This document shows positions 24,328 through 32,000 of a stretch of DNA of 32,000 nt, piece by piece (position 1 is the first letter of the stretch; each line of letters opens with the position of its first letter). The translations under genes were made by a program, and so were the position numbers. Below the pieces are notes generated by a model. The model was not told the origin of the DNA. It made no database searches and saw nothing but the letters and a program-made list of their open reading frames with translations. The stretch comes from Pyrobaculum calidifontis JCM 11548 (GTDB taxonomy: Archaea > Thermoproteota > Thermoprotei > Thermoproteales > Thermoproteaceae). Where the stretch lies: positions 900,001 through 932,000 of the forward strand of contig NC_009073.1 of assembly GCF_000015805.1 (NCBI RefSeq). The letters are read 5' to 3'.

Positions 24328-24443
24328 TGGTGGGCCCGCCGGGATTTGAATTCCCGGGTCGGCTCGTGGCGCCGTCCTCCCGGGATCACCCGCGTTCCGA
24401 GTGTCCTCGTCAGGCGGGCATCCTACCGCTAGACTACGGGCCC
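24328..24443 (-). tRNA. tRNA-Val(GAC): tRNA-Val (anticodon GAC) with two introns (canonical 37/38, 13 nt; T-stem/T-loop junction, 28 nt); CCA encoded
   Basis: The minus strand reads GGGCCCG TA GTCTAGCGGTAGGAT G CCCGC CTGACG[AGGACACTCGGAA]C GCGGG TGATC CCGGG[AGGACGGCGCCACGAGCCGACCCGGGAA]TTCAAAT CCCGG CGGGCCC A CCA. Introns are at 24395-24407 and 24351-24378. Confidence 0.85.
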
Positions 24444-24444
24444 C

Positions 24445-24942
24445 TTGAGGTGTGTTTCCCCGGTTTTAAAAGGTTTTGTGGCACAAGGGTTTTTAACTAG
24501 TGGCGTTTCGCCTTTGGTGTTTGAGGTGTTGTCTGTGCGGTTTTTGGTGAAGGGGCGCGGCTTCTCTTGTCTCACCTCTATCGGCGATTTTCACGTGGTG
24601 GTGACCGAGCGGGGCGCCGTGTATGCGATGAAGTGTGGCGAGGGAGATCGGTGCGTAGACTGCGTCGAGTTTTCTCTCGACGACGGGGTGTCGGTTTTTA
24701 TCCCCCGCCTCTTCTACCACTGCCTGGCCTGCCTCCTCGCTGAGTTCTACAACGCCGGCCTCTTCAACTTGTCTGTCGGCGGGGTCGTTGTGGCGCAGAG
24801 GGGGGCCTATTACGTCCCTGCAATGGCCAAGGAGAGGGATAGCCCAGATAGGCTTGTGAAAAGGGCCCGCGGCATTTTTGAGAGCCGCGTTTTGAGGCTT
24901 TTGGCAGAGGCCCTCGGGCCATGTTGCATGTGGGGGATGTAG
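24445..24942 (+). CDS. Hypothetical Cys-rich protein (start uncertain)
   Basis: This frame looks protein-like, whereas the overlapping minus-strand ORF is H/P/R-rich. Cys motifs are CGEGDRCVDCVEF, YHCLACLL and GPCCMW. With the TATA at 24464-71, the real start is probably TTG 24514 or GTG 24517. No family is recognised. Confidence 0.4.
   Translation: MRCVSPVLKGFVAQGFLTSGVSPLVFEVLSVRFLVKGRGFSCLTSIGDFHVVVTERGAVYAMKCGEGDRCVDCVEFSLDDGVSVFIPRLFYHCLACLLAEFYNAGLFNLSVGGVVVAQRGAYYVPAMAKERDSPDRLVKRARGIFESRVLRLLAEALGPCCMWGM
24464..24471. promoter_or_regulatory. Palindromic TATA box for tRNA-Val (possibly also the divergent ORF)
   Basis: The centre of TTTTAAAA lies ~24.5 nt from the tRNA 5' end at 24443. 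Confidence 0.6.
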
Positions 24943-25084
24943 AAACTCCTGTCTCAACAGTCCCCGGGGCCGGCATCCGCAGACGCCACGTCCACGTCAT
25001 TCTAGCAGAAATCCACAACAGTGTGTAATACGAGGGGCCCGTTGTGCTTGAGGCTGAGCGTAGAGCCAGTGTCTCTGGCTCGAC

Positions 25085-26158
25085 GTGCGGGCGTTGTGCA
25101 GTAGAGATTTAAATTATTGTTTAGTTGTGTATGTGTTTCAGATTCAGGACGTGGTGTCTAGGGGTTTTACTGTGATTTATGGCCCGCCTGGGTCTGGTAA
25201 GACGAGCGTGGCTGCAAAGATTGCGGACAGGGTGGCCAACAGGGTGATGTGGATTAGCACTAATGAGACACAGGGCGCGTTGAAGGAGGTGCTTATGCGG
25301 GTTGGCGCAAAGGTGGACAAGTTCTACATATTTGATTTCCCCCGCGCGTTTAGGGGGAACATCGCCAAGTTTATAGCTGACCACATCTACGAGTATGAGG
25401 CGTTGGTGGTAGACGCTGTTAATGGGATTGCGCCTAGGGAGGAGAAGCTGGAGGAGCTTGTGCACGGCTTTCTCTACCAGCTCTCAAAAGATATGCCCAT
25501 CGTGGCCGTGGTTGAGGGCCGGCCTCTAAAGATCTTCTACCTCGCTGACAACTTGGTGAGAGTTGGGTATAGGGAAAACGCCCTGGGCCACACGGTTAGG
25601 TACATCAAGCTTGTGAAATCGCGTTTTTCTCCTCCCAGCGAGCGCCTCCTCTTCGACTTCGTGGAGGGGGTGGGCTTGGTGTACATATATCCGAATAAGA
25701 AGCCTCAAGCGGCCAAGGTGCCTCTGCCCGAAGACGCGGCATTGCTGGGGGTGGAAGAACTCTATAAATCCAGCGTAGTGGGCATATACGGCTCGGATAA
25801 GAAGAAGTTGGCCAAGAGGCTGGAGGAGATTGCGGCTAAGCGCGACGTCTTTTACCTCTCTCTCTTCCCGCCCACCACGCTCCCCGTAGAGATAGAGGAG
25901 GAGAAGATGTTGGTCGCCACGACGTTTAAAGACATTGTGGAAGTCGCGTACAACATCTACTCTGGGCGTATAAAGGCCAGGGTCTTGGCGGTGTCGGGCC
26001 TGAGAGATGTGGAGAGGATGGTGGGGAACGACGTCGTGGACTACATAACTGTCGTTAGTAGCGTGGCGCGCTACGTAGACTACGTGGTGGACTTCGAAAT
26101 AGGAGAGGGGGTTGGCCGCCTCTCTGAGATTTTCCTAGACGCAAAAATCACAGCTTAA
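25085..26158 (+). CDS. KaiC/RadA-paralog (RecA-superfamily) ATPase with a degenerate second domain
   Basis: Walker A is FTVIYGPPGSGKTSVAAKIA and Walker B-like is YEALVVDAVNG. The C-terminal half repeats the fold with a decayed P-loop (VVGIYGSDKKKLAKRL). The TATA at 25107-25116 favours a GTG start near 25133. Confidence 0.7.
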   Translation: MRALCSRDLNYCLVVYVFQIQDVVSRGFTVIYGPPGSGKTSVAAKIADRVANRVMWISTNETQGALKEVLMRVGAKVDKFYIFDFPRAFRGNIAKFIADHIYEYEALVVDAVNGIAPREEKLEELVHGFLYQLSKDMPIVAVVEGRPLKIFYLADNLVRVGYRENALGHTVRYIKLVKSRFSPPSERLLFDFVEGVGLVYIYPNKKPQAAKVPLPEDAALLGVEELYKSSVVGIYGSDKKKLAKRLEEIAAKRDVFYLSLFPPTTLPVEIEEEKMLVATTFKDIVEVAYNIYSGRIKARVLAVSGLRDVERMVGNDVVDYITVVSSVARYVDYVVDFEIGEGVGRLSEIFLDAKITA

Positions 26159-26280
26159 AAAACCCCCAGCGAGGCTATTACAAACCTCTTTCTTATCTTC
26201 TCCATGTAAAGTGGCCTACCGCTATTTTTATCGCCGTCAGCTAAGAGGAGGTGTTATTTAAATAGTTCTTGTATAGCACC

Positions 26281-27048
26281 GTGCTCGGCGCTCTTGAGGC
26301 CATTGCGGCAAGGGCTGGTCAATACCTCTTGGAGAGTTTTAGGGCTAGGAGGGGTCTCGACGTGGTTGTGGACAAGGGCGACGACGTGACGCGGGAGGTT
26401 GACCTAGCTCTGGAGGAGATGGTTTACAAGATGCTTAGGGATAACTTTAGGGAGGGCGGCGTCCTCTACGCGGAGGAGCGGGGCTTCTACCGGTGGGGCG
26501 ACGAGCGCTACATCTTTGTCTTAGACCCGCTAGACGGCTCCTACAACTACGCCGTGGGCATACCCATGTTCTCAATATCTCTCGCGGCGGGCGCCTATAG
26601 GGAGGGCACTTTGTCAGACTTGGAGTACGCCGTAGTGGTCGTACCCCCAACTGGCGAAGTCTACACGGCGTCTCCCGCGCTCGGCGCGAGGAAAAACGGG
26701 GCCCCTCTAACGCGCCGCGGCGGTAGTAGAATAGTCTTTGTGGCCATAAGCAACGGGTTCCCTGAGTTCACGTGTGAGGTAGTTAAGAGGAGGGGCTACA
26801 AGGGCCGGAGCCTCGGCAGTTCGGCGGCTGAGCTCGCCTACACGGTGGAGGGTGTGGCCAGGGGGTTTGTGGACCTCCGGGGTAGGCTTAGGGTGTTAGA
26901 TGTGGCGGGCGCCTTGACTGTGGGGAAGTACGTCCCCGGGTTTAAGTACGTATTATACGGGGACGGCGCTGTGGATGCAAAAATATCTATAATAGCTGGT
27001 GACGAGGATTTTGTGAATGAGGCAGCAGCCTATCGACGAGGAGATTAG
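26281..27048 (+). CDS. Inositol monophosphatase family protein (archaeal IMPase/FBPase type)
   Basis: YAEERG (metal-binding EE), VLDPLDGSYNY (DPxDGT/S motif) and the later LDVAGAL (WDxAAG-like) are present. The GTG at 26281 fits the TATA at 26254-26261 better than the ORF-track TTG at 26269. Confidence 0.8.
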   Translation: MLGALEAIAARAGQYLLESFRARRGLDVVVDKGDDVTREVDLALEEMVYKMLRDNFREGGVLYAEERGFYRWGDERYIFVLDPLDGSYNYAVGIPMFSISLAAGAYREGTLSDLEYAVVVVPPTGEVYTASPALGARKNGAPLTRRGGSRIVFVAISNGFPEFTCEVVKRRGYKGRSLGSSAAELAYTVEGVARGFVDLRGRLRVLDVAGALTVGKYVPGFKYVLYGDGAVDAKISIIAGDEDFVNEAAAYRRGD

Positions 27049-27391
27049 GCAGTTTCTCCTGTCTTTAGCCAAGGCGCTGGGCATGAGAGTTGAGGACGTT
27101 CTAGACCTCTACTTCTACGTCTCGCCGGCCACCGTAAGGCTTGTGGAAGTGGTGGAGCAGGGCGGGGAGATCGTCGGAGTTAGGCTGGCCGTGAAGTCTA
27201 GGAAGAGGACCGACGTGTGGTACTACACCTCGGTGGGCCTATACGGCGCCAAGTGCACATGTAGAGGCAACGCCGTGGGGGGGAAGATATGCCGCCACAT
27301 AATAATTGGGCTAATTACGTGGCATATGTCTTCTCTCTTGAAGAAAGGCCGCGGGGTAGACCTCTCGAGGCTGGCGTGGCTGAAGTCGTAA
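27017..27391 (+). CDS. SWIM zinc-finger protein
   Basis: CTCRGNAVGGKICRH is the CxCx(n)CxH SWIM signature. The ATG lies ~27 nt from a TATA (26985-26995) embedded in the 3' end of the IMPase gene, with a 32-nt overlap between the two genes. Confidence 0.75.
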   Translation: MRQQPIDEEIRQFLLSLAKALGMRVEDVLDLYFYVSPATVRLVEVVEQGGEIVGVRLAVKSRKRTDVWYYTSVGLYGAKCTCRGNAVGGKICRHIIIGLITWHMSSLLKKGRGVDLSRLAWLKS

Positions 27392-27469
27392 AAGTTTATA
27401 AAACTGCGCCTCCACTGTGTTAGGTGACGACAGGCAGACGGCGAAAGGTGAGCGGGGATTTGAACGCTG

Positions 27470-28462
27470 ATGTTTGACGCCGAGCTCGAGGTTCTGATCT
27501 CTCCCCGGAGGGTTTTGTACGTTGACAAGGGAGGGCTTCGGCTAGGCAGCTCCAGGGCCGTGGGGAAGGTGGAGGTGAGAGACGACGGCTTGTACGTCGG
27601 GGGGAAGCTGGCGGTGTTTAGGAGGGCGTTGAAGTGCCCGGTGAAAGTGGGCGGCCTTTACCTCTGTGGAGGACCGGCCGAGGTCCCCCGGTTTTTCTAC
27701 CGTGACGTATTTGTGGAGGGGCTTGGCCCAAGGCTTAGGCTCGCCGAGCTCTACGCAACGTCCCGCCTAAATGGCGGCGACTGTCTCGCGGAGTACCTCC
27801 ACTGGCTTGTGAGAGGGGCCGCCTTCCTGTGGGATATATACAAGAGGAGGGAGCCTACGCCGCCCCGTGGGTGTAGGGAGTTTGCCGAGTTTTTAATTGC
27901 CCGGGGCCTCAGAGAGCGCCGCCTATACTCGCCGCCTGCGGCAGATGTGTGGACTGCAGGCTTTCTCGGCCTTCTGCGGTTTGGCGATGCACTTAACCTA
28001 GTCGAGAGGAGTTGGCCAGGCCTTGTGGTGGCCTTGAGGTACGGCATCTACGGCGCCTTGAGGTGGGACTTGCCCCCCGGCCCAGACAGCTGGCTCTTGC
28101 TCCTCGGCTTATACTCCGCGCTTGACCCAGTGGCTGTTCCAGGGGGCGTCGCCGTGGACTTAGGACTCCTGAGGGCTGTGCCGTACGTAGTTGCCCGAGT
28201 CTTGGGCAGGTGGCTCGTGGCCTTCAACGTGGCCGGCCTCTACATGGCCGCTGGGAATTTTAACATGATGGTGGATGGGGGCCGGCGGAGGGACTCCTAC
28301 GCGTCGTGCGACGGCGCTAGGTGTAGAGTAGGCGCTCTGCTTTTCAACGAATGTGTGGAGTTGCACTGCGGCGTGGTGCGTACCTGGGACTTTGAGTTTA
28401 AGGGAGTGGTTAAATGTAGAGACTGGGGGTCTCCCTTTGTAGCCGTTGAGCCTTGTAAGTAA
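27470..28462 (+). CDS. Hypothetical 330-aa protein, G/R/L/A-rich, no recognisable domain
   Basis: It is a long ORF in a GC-rich stretch. A TATA (TTTATAAA, 27395-27402) lies ~70 nt upstream, so this gene would carry a leader, unlike its neighbours. A C-terminal Cys cluster is present (CDGARCRV...NECVELHCG...KCRD). Confidence 0.5.
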   Translation: MFDAELEVLISPRRVLYVDKGGLRLGSSRAVGKVEVRDDGLYVGGKLAVFRRALKCPVKVGGLYLCGGPAEVPRFFYRDVFVEGLGPRLRLAELYATSRLNGGDCLAEYLHWLVRGAAFLWDIYKRREPTPPRGCREFAEFLIARGLRERRLYSPPAADVWTAGFLGLLRFGDALNLVERSWPGLVVALRYGIYGALRWDLPPGPDSWLLLLGLYSALDPVAVPGGVAVDLGLLRAVPYVVARVLGRWLVAFNVAGLYMAAGNFNMMVDGGRRRDSYASCDGARCRVGALLFNECVELHCGVVRTWDFEFKGVVKCRDWGSPFVAVEPCK

Positions 28463-28464
28463 CG

Positions 28465-28474
28465 TATATAAAAG
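28465..28474 (+). promoter_or_regulatory. TATA box for the PRTase gene
   Basis: TATATAAAAG lies ~25 nt upstream of GTG 28494. Confidence 0.55.
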
Positions 28475-28493
28475 TCCTAGTTCAGTTGTGTAA

Positions 28494-29156
28494 GTGCCCA
28501 AGGTGCCAGTTAAGGTGGTGTCCTTCGACGAAATAGTAGAGTGGAGCAGGTTGTTGGCTGAAAAGATCAGGGGGAGTGGGTGGTCGCCAGACGTCATTGT
28601 GGCAATTGCCAGAGGCGGCTATGTGCCAGCCCGCTTGCTCTGTGATTGGCTGGGCGTAACCGACTTGGTCAGTATACAAATAGTGCACTGGCCCGTTGCA
28701 GCGCAGGTGGCCGAGAAGGCGTATGTGAAATATCCCGTAAACGTGGATCTCTCGGGCAAACGCGTACTTATAGTGGACGACATAGTGGACACGGGGGACA
28801 GCGTGGAGCTGGCGAAGAGGAGCATCGAGGGGTGTTGTAGGCCGGCTGAGGTGAAGACGGCGGCGCTACAGTTAATCACAAGCGTGGCCAAGTTTGTGCC
28901 CGACTTCTACGCGGTGGAGGTGAAGGAGTGGGCCTGGTTTGCCTACCCGTGGAACGCAGTGGAAGACGCCGTCGGCTTCATTATGAAGATTGTTAGAGAG
29001 ACTGGCAAGTCTGAGTGGTGTCTCGACGAGATGTTACAGGCACACTTGGAGTGGTACGGCCGGGAGTATGTGGAAAAGCGCTTTGGCCACATACTCTACG
29101 CCTTGGACATGTTGGCGAGCAGAGGGGCTATAAGGCTAGCCAAGTGTAGGGCCTAG
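28494..29156 (+). CDS. Purine-type phosphoribosyltransferase
   Basis: The PRPP-binding motif is VLIVDDIVDTGDS. The N-terminal segment is IVAIARGGYVPARLL. A GTG start lies ~25 nt from TATATAAAAG. There is a ~70-aa C-terminal extension relative to a minimal PRTase. Confidence 0.8.
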   Translation: MPKVPVKVVSFDEIVEWSRLLAEKIRGSGWSPDVIVAIARGGYVPARLLCDWLGVTDLVSIQIVHWPVAAQVAEKAYVKYPVNVDLSGKRVLIVDDIVDTGDSVELAKRSIEGCCRPAEVKTAALQLITSVAKFVPDFYAVEVKEWAWFAYPWNAVEDAVGFIMKIVRETGKSEWCLDEMLQAHLEWYGREYVEKRFGHILYALDMLASRGAIRLAKCRA

Positions 29157-30371
29157 CCGCCTCACGTCTCTATAGGCAAGCACGGCAACAACGTCGCCCT
29201 TTTTCACGCCGCCGGGAGGAATCAGCGCTACGCCGCAGGCGTCCACCTCTGTAAAGCTGTGGTGGTGCACTTTTATAGGCGTGGCGTAGAGGCCGCCCTC
29301 TCCCAGCTCTAGCCTCACTCTAACGATTTGCGCCATCTCGCCCCTCACGTCTTGGGTAATTGTGGCGTAGGTCCAGCCCTGGCCCATTCCCCGGGTCACA
29401 TTTGCCATGTGGCGTAGCACTGGCTCCACGATTCGAACTACGCCGTGTAACGCGCTTATGGGGTACCCAGAGAGGCCGAAGATGGGCTTGCCCTCTACTA
29501 CGGCGACGCTGGTGGGGCGGCCAGGCCTCATGCGGAACCCCCTCAGCCCCTGGTAGCCCAACTTGTAGAAGTGGTCTATCTCGCTGGGCCCAGCCCCCCC
29601 GGTTATAATCACGGCGTCGTACTGAGCCAAGAAGCGGTCAACGGCGGCTCTAACTTCCTCATGTTTATCGCCAGTAACCACCTTCTCTCTGACCTCTACA
29701 TAGGGCATAAACGTCCTTATGTACCACTCTACCAAAGTCGCCGTAGACTCAATGACTTTCCCCCTCATCACAAGCTCAGCCGCCACCTCTGGGTCTATGG
29801 GGGGAACCACTAGCTCGTCCCCAGTGGCCACTATGCCCACAGTAGCCTTTCTATACACTGGCACAGTGGTCACGCCTACGTCTAAGAGGCCGACGACGTC
29901 AAAGGGCGTAATTACCTGGCCTTGTTTAACTAGAAGCGCCCCCCTCTGCACGTAGGAGCCGGGCGGGTCCACGTTGGCGTATTTCTCATACCTCCTCTCC
30001 ACCTCTACGTAGTCCCCCTCTCTTTTGACAGCCTCCTCTGGCACAACCGCGTCTGCCCCCTCTGGCAGAAAGGCGCCCACTGTTACATACACCGTCTCCC
30101 CCGGCTTGAGGGAGAGATCTCTCCTGAATTGCCCCACCAAGACTCTCCCAACCACTTTAAATCTGCCGGGGGTGGCCTCGGAGCTGACGGCGTATCCGTC
30201 GTAGGCGGCTCTGGGGTATGGGGGATAGTCGTGCGGTGCCGCGACGTCGCGAGCTGCCACATAGCCAACGGCGTCCCAGGTTGCGATCTTCTTCACATCG
30301 CCGATCTTCTTAACGAGGGGCAGTATCTCTGCCACTTTCGCCAGCGGATTAAGCCCGGCGAGGTAGCGCAT
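29136..30371 (-). CDS. moeA: Molybdopterin molybdenumtransferase MoeA
   Basis: The MoeA N-domain pattern is YPRAAYDGYAV. The MoCF-binding domain is VGIVATGDELV ... DAVIITGGAGPSEID. A C-terminal beta-barrel follows. Confidence 0.85.
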   Translation of the reverse strand: MRYLAGLNPLAKVAEILPLVKKIGDVKKIATWDAVGYVAARDVAAPHDYPPYPRAAYDGYAVSSEATPGRFKVVGRVLVGQFRRDLSLKPGETVYVTVGAFLPEGADAVVPEEAVKREGDYVEVERRYEKYANVDPPGSYVQRGALLVKQGQVITPFDVVGLLDVGVTTVPVYRKATVGIVATGDELVVPPIDPEVAAELVMRGKVIESTATLVEWYIRTFMPYVEVREKVVTGDKHEEVRAAVDRFLAQYDAVIITGGAGPSEIDHFYKLGYQGLRGFRMRPGRPTSVAVVEGKPIFGLSGYPISALHGVVRIVEPVLRHMANVTRGMGQGWTYATITQDVRGEMAQIVRVRLELGEGGLYATPIKVHHHSFTEVDACGVALIPPGGVKKGDVVAVLAYRDVRRLGPTLG

Positions 30372-30481
30372 GTATGTCGCCCAGGCTCTGTATATAAAGT
30401 TTTTATACCAAGCCGTAGGAGACGTCGGTGATGGAGTCAGGGTTACGGCGATAGATGACCGGAGGCGCTATCGCTGATATA

Positions 30482-30489
30482 TTTATATA
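30482..30489 (+). promoter_or_regulatory. TATA box for elf1
   Basis: TTTATATA lies ~25 nt upstream of ATG 30510. Confidence 0.55.
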
Positions 30490-30509
30490 CAGGGCTGTGG
30501 AAGTCGTCG

Positions 30510-30800
30510 ATGGGCAAGCGTAGGAAGAGGAGGAAAATTCTTCTCAAGCCTAAGAAGACGTTGCCCAAGATCTTCACTTGTCCACACTGCGGCGCCCAGC
30601 TGGTAACTGTGAAGAAGACGAAGAACGGCTACCTAGTGATCTGCGGAAGCTGCGGCCTTAGCCACGAGTTTGAAGAAAGGGCCGGGTGGATGCCCGTGGA
30701 CTACTACAACGCCTTTGTCGACTTATACCTAGAGGGCAAGATCCAGCCCCCCCAGCCTAGCCACGCGCATTCCGAGGGCGGGGGAGATGAAGCTAGTTGA
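30510..30800 (+). CDS. elf1: Transcription elongation factor Elf1 homolog (zinc ribbon)
   Basis: MGKRRKRRK...FTCPHCG...VICGSCG...[10 protein letters not shown] parallels eukaryotic ELOF1 (MGRRKSKRK...FTCPFC...C..C...PVDVYSDWID). The ATG lies ~25 nt from TTTATATA. Confidence 0.8.
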   Translation: MGKRRKRRKILLKPKKTLPKIFTCPHCGAQLVTVKKTKNGYLVICGSCGLSHEFEERAGWMPVDYYNAFVDLYLEGKIQPPQPSHAHSEGGGDEAS

Positions 30801-31512
30801 CTACCTACTGGAGGGCAGCGTTAAACACTTCACGCTGATAGACCCCGACAAGTCGGTGGACTATTTGAAGATAGTGAGATACGCACTTGACGCGGGGACA
30901 GACGGAATCTTGGTGGGCGGCTCTTTGGGCATTAGAGAGACGCAGATGACGCAAGTGGTGAAGGACATCAAGTCTGTGGCACACGTCCCCGTGGTCCTAT
31001 TCCCCGGCTCTCCGAGCCAGCTCACAGAGGAGGCCGACGGCGTTTTGTTCCTCAGCGTATTAAACTCCCTAGACCCCTACTTCATAATTGGGGCGCAGGT
31101 GCAAGGCGCTGTGTTAATAGCCAAACACTTCCCAAGGCTAGAGGTGATATCCACCGCATACGTCATCGTGGGCGACGGAGGAGCGGCAGGATTTGTCTCC
31201 ATGAGCAAGCCAATTCCCTACGCCCGGTGGGACTTGGCCGTGGCTTACGCGCTCGCCGCCTACTACATAGGCTTCGGCGCCGTGTACCTAGAGGCCGGGA
31301 GCGGGGCTCCGCAGCCGGTGCCGCCGGAGATGGTGAGGGCGGTGAGAAAAGTCTTCCCAAGAGTTTTAATAGTGGGCGGAGGGATAAGAAGCGGCGAGGC
31401 GGCGCGTCAATTGGCGCGAGAGAGGCCTAATGTAATTGTGACGGGGACCTTAGCCGAGGAGCAACCCGAGAAGCTTGCCGAAGTCGTCAGAGCTATAAAA
31501 TCAAGCCTTTAA
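30787..31512 (+). CDS. Geranylgeranylglyceryl phosphate synthase (PcrB/GGGPS family)
   Basis: HFTLIDPDK is at the N-terminus. TIM-barrel phosphate-binding motifs are YLEAGSGA and VGGGIRS. Confidence 0.85.
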   Translation: MKLVDYLLEGSVKHFTLIDPDKSVDYLKIVRYALDAGTDGILVGGSLGIRETQMTQVVKDIKSVAHVPVVLFPGSPSQLTEEADGVLFLSVLNSLDPYFIIGAQVQGAVLIAKHFPRLEVISTAYVIVGDGGAAGFVSMSKPIPYARWDLAVAYALAAYYIGFGAVYLEAGSGAPQPVPPEMVRAVRKVFPRVLIVGGGIRSGEAARQLARERPNVIVTGTLAEEQPEKLAEVVRAIKSSL

Positions 31513-31656
31513 CTTCTGCCTTCTCCAGTGCCGCCTCGCGGGGGACCTAGTAACCCTCCTTTTTGTCTTGGCGATGACCCACAGGGGAGGGTTTCTGTTG
31601 CTGTTTAAAGCCGCGGCGAGCCTAAGCTTCTTGCCCAGCGGCTTGTTTCTAGCCAT
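31501..31656 (-). CDS. rpl39e: 50S ribosomal protein L39e (not in ORF track, 51 aa)
   Basis: ATG 31656 to TGA 31501 gives [51 protein letters not shown], the L39e consensus. It overlaps the 3' end of the GGGPS gene by 12 nt in convergent orientation. Confidence 0.9.
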
Positions 31657-31687
31657 GGCCGCCTAAAATGTCGAAGTTTTAAATTTT

Positions 31688-32000
31688 TCAGAGTCGGAAT
31701 CTGTACTCTTGCCGGGTTTGGCTGTACACAGCCTCTAGGATCTTCTTCAAAGTCTCGTCGTCTATTGGCACTTTTACTCTTCCAGAGGAGGCCAGGGAGA
31801 TCAATTGTTGCTCCAGCGCCTCCACGATGTCCGGCCTTACGACTCTAATGTTGTCTAGCCTCGCCAAGGCCTCCGGCGTTAGTATCCTCTTGAGCACTGC
31901 CCTCCTCTGGGCCGCCGCTATTTGCGCCTGCCGCTCTGCCTCTGCCCTCTTTTGTAGCTCCTCGAGCTTTTTCCTTCTAAGTTCTTCAAGCTCTCTATCC
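31688..32000 (-). CDS. PDCD5/TFAR19-like DNA-binding protein, N-terminus beyond the window edge
   Basis: The frame stays open to position 32000 (..[75 protein letters not shown]..). The ORF-track 'M' is an internal GTG. The position next to rpl39e is typical for archaea. Confidence 0.85.
   Translation of the reverse strand, partial: DRELEELRRKKLEELQKRAEAERQAQIAAAQRRAVLKRILTPEALARLDNIRVVRPDIVEALEQQLISLASSGRVKVPIDDETLKKILEAVYSQTRQEYRFRL

Noticed and set aside
24493-25018. Minus-strand ORFs (154 aa and 84 aa) overlapping the Cys-rich ORF and the following intergenic region.
   Set aside because: Their H/P/R/Q-rich composition is typical of spurious frames in GC-rich DNA. The plus frame looks more protein-like, although it is itself only moderately supported.
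27454-27465. GGGGATTTGAAC, which resembles the T-arm of a minus-strand tRNA and could have been a tRNA fragment or att-site remnant.
   Set aside because: The flanking sequence cannot form a T-stem, acceptor stem or any other arm. It does not match the 3' ends of the three tRNAs in the window.
24127-28462. The possibility of an integrated element using tRNA-Val as its attachment site.
   Set aside because: I recognised no integrase or transposase. I found no direct repeat of the tRNA 3' half. The uncharacterised genes lie on the 5' side of the tRNA rather than the usual 3' side.

Overview
The window looks like a chromosomal segment from a Thermoproteales crenarchaeon (Pyrobaculum/Thermoproteus-like). 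This is inferred from three tRNA genes carrying five introns, four of them in or next to the T-loop or at the canonical site, and from TATA boxes lying about 22-27 nt upstream of most start codons, which implies leaderless mRNAs. Archaeal-specific genes (Elf1, GGGP synthase, L39e, a PDCD5-like protein, uS4/uS13) support this.

I can support about 41 genes. Most are housekeeping:
- a MoxR-VWA pair, a Clp1-type polynucleotide kinase, a metallophosphoesterase and a MinD-like ATPase
- a GNAT acetyltransferase, an aminotransferase, a radical SAM protein and an aldo-keto reductase
- a DUF72 protein, an isoaspartyl peptidase, an IMPase/FBPase, a PRTase and MoeA
- an Opp/Dpp-type ABC uptake locus with a very large anchored binding protein and no ATPase genes

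I found no rRNA, CRISPR array, transposase or integrase.

The best candidate for a previously undescribed system is a tightly coupled three-gene operon at 5592-9689. It encodes a 952-aa P-loop NTPase with a long coiled coil and a C-terminal wHTH, a 168-aa protein of unknown function, and a compact 247-aa NurA-family nuclease. The operon ends in a roughly 300-bp AT-rich island that holds an unannotated 46-aa RHH-like ORF.

Secondary leads:
- a cluster next to tRNA-Val with a KaiC-like ATPase, a SWIM protein and orphan ORFs
- two candidate small RNAs
- tandem small paralogs sharing a YTYDxD motif
- shared bidirectional TATA elements

All family calls come from motif recognition by eye, not database searches.
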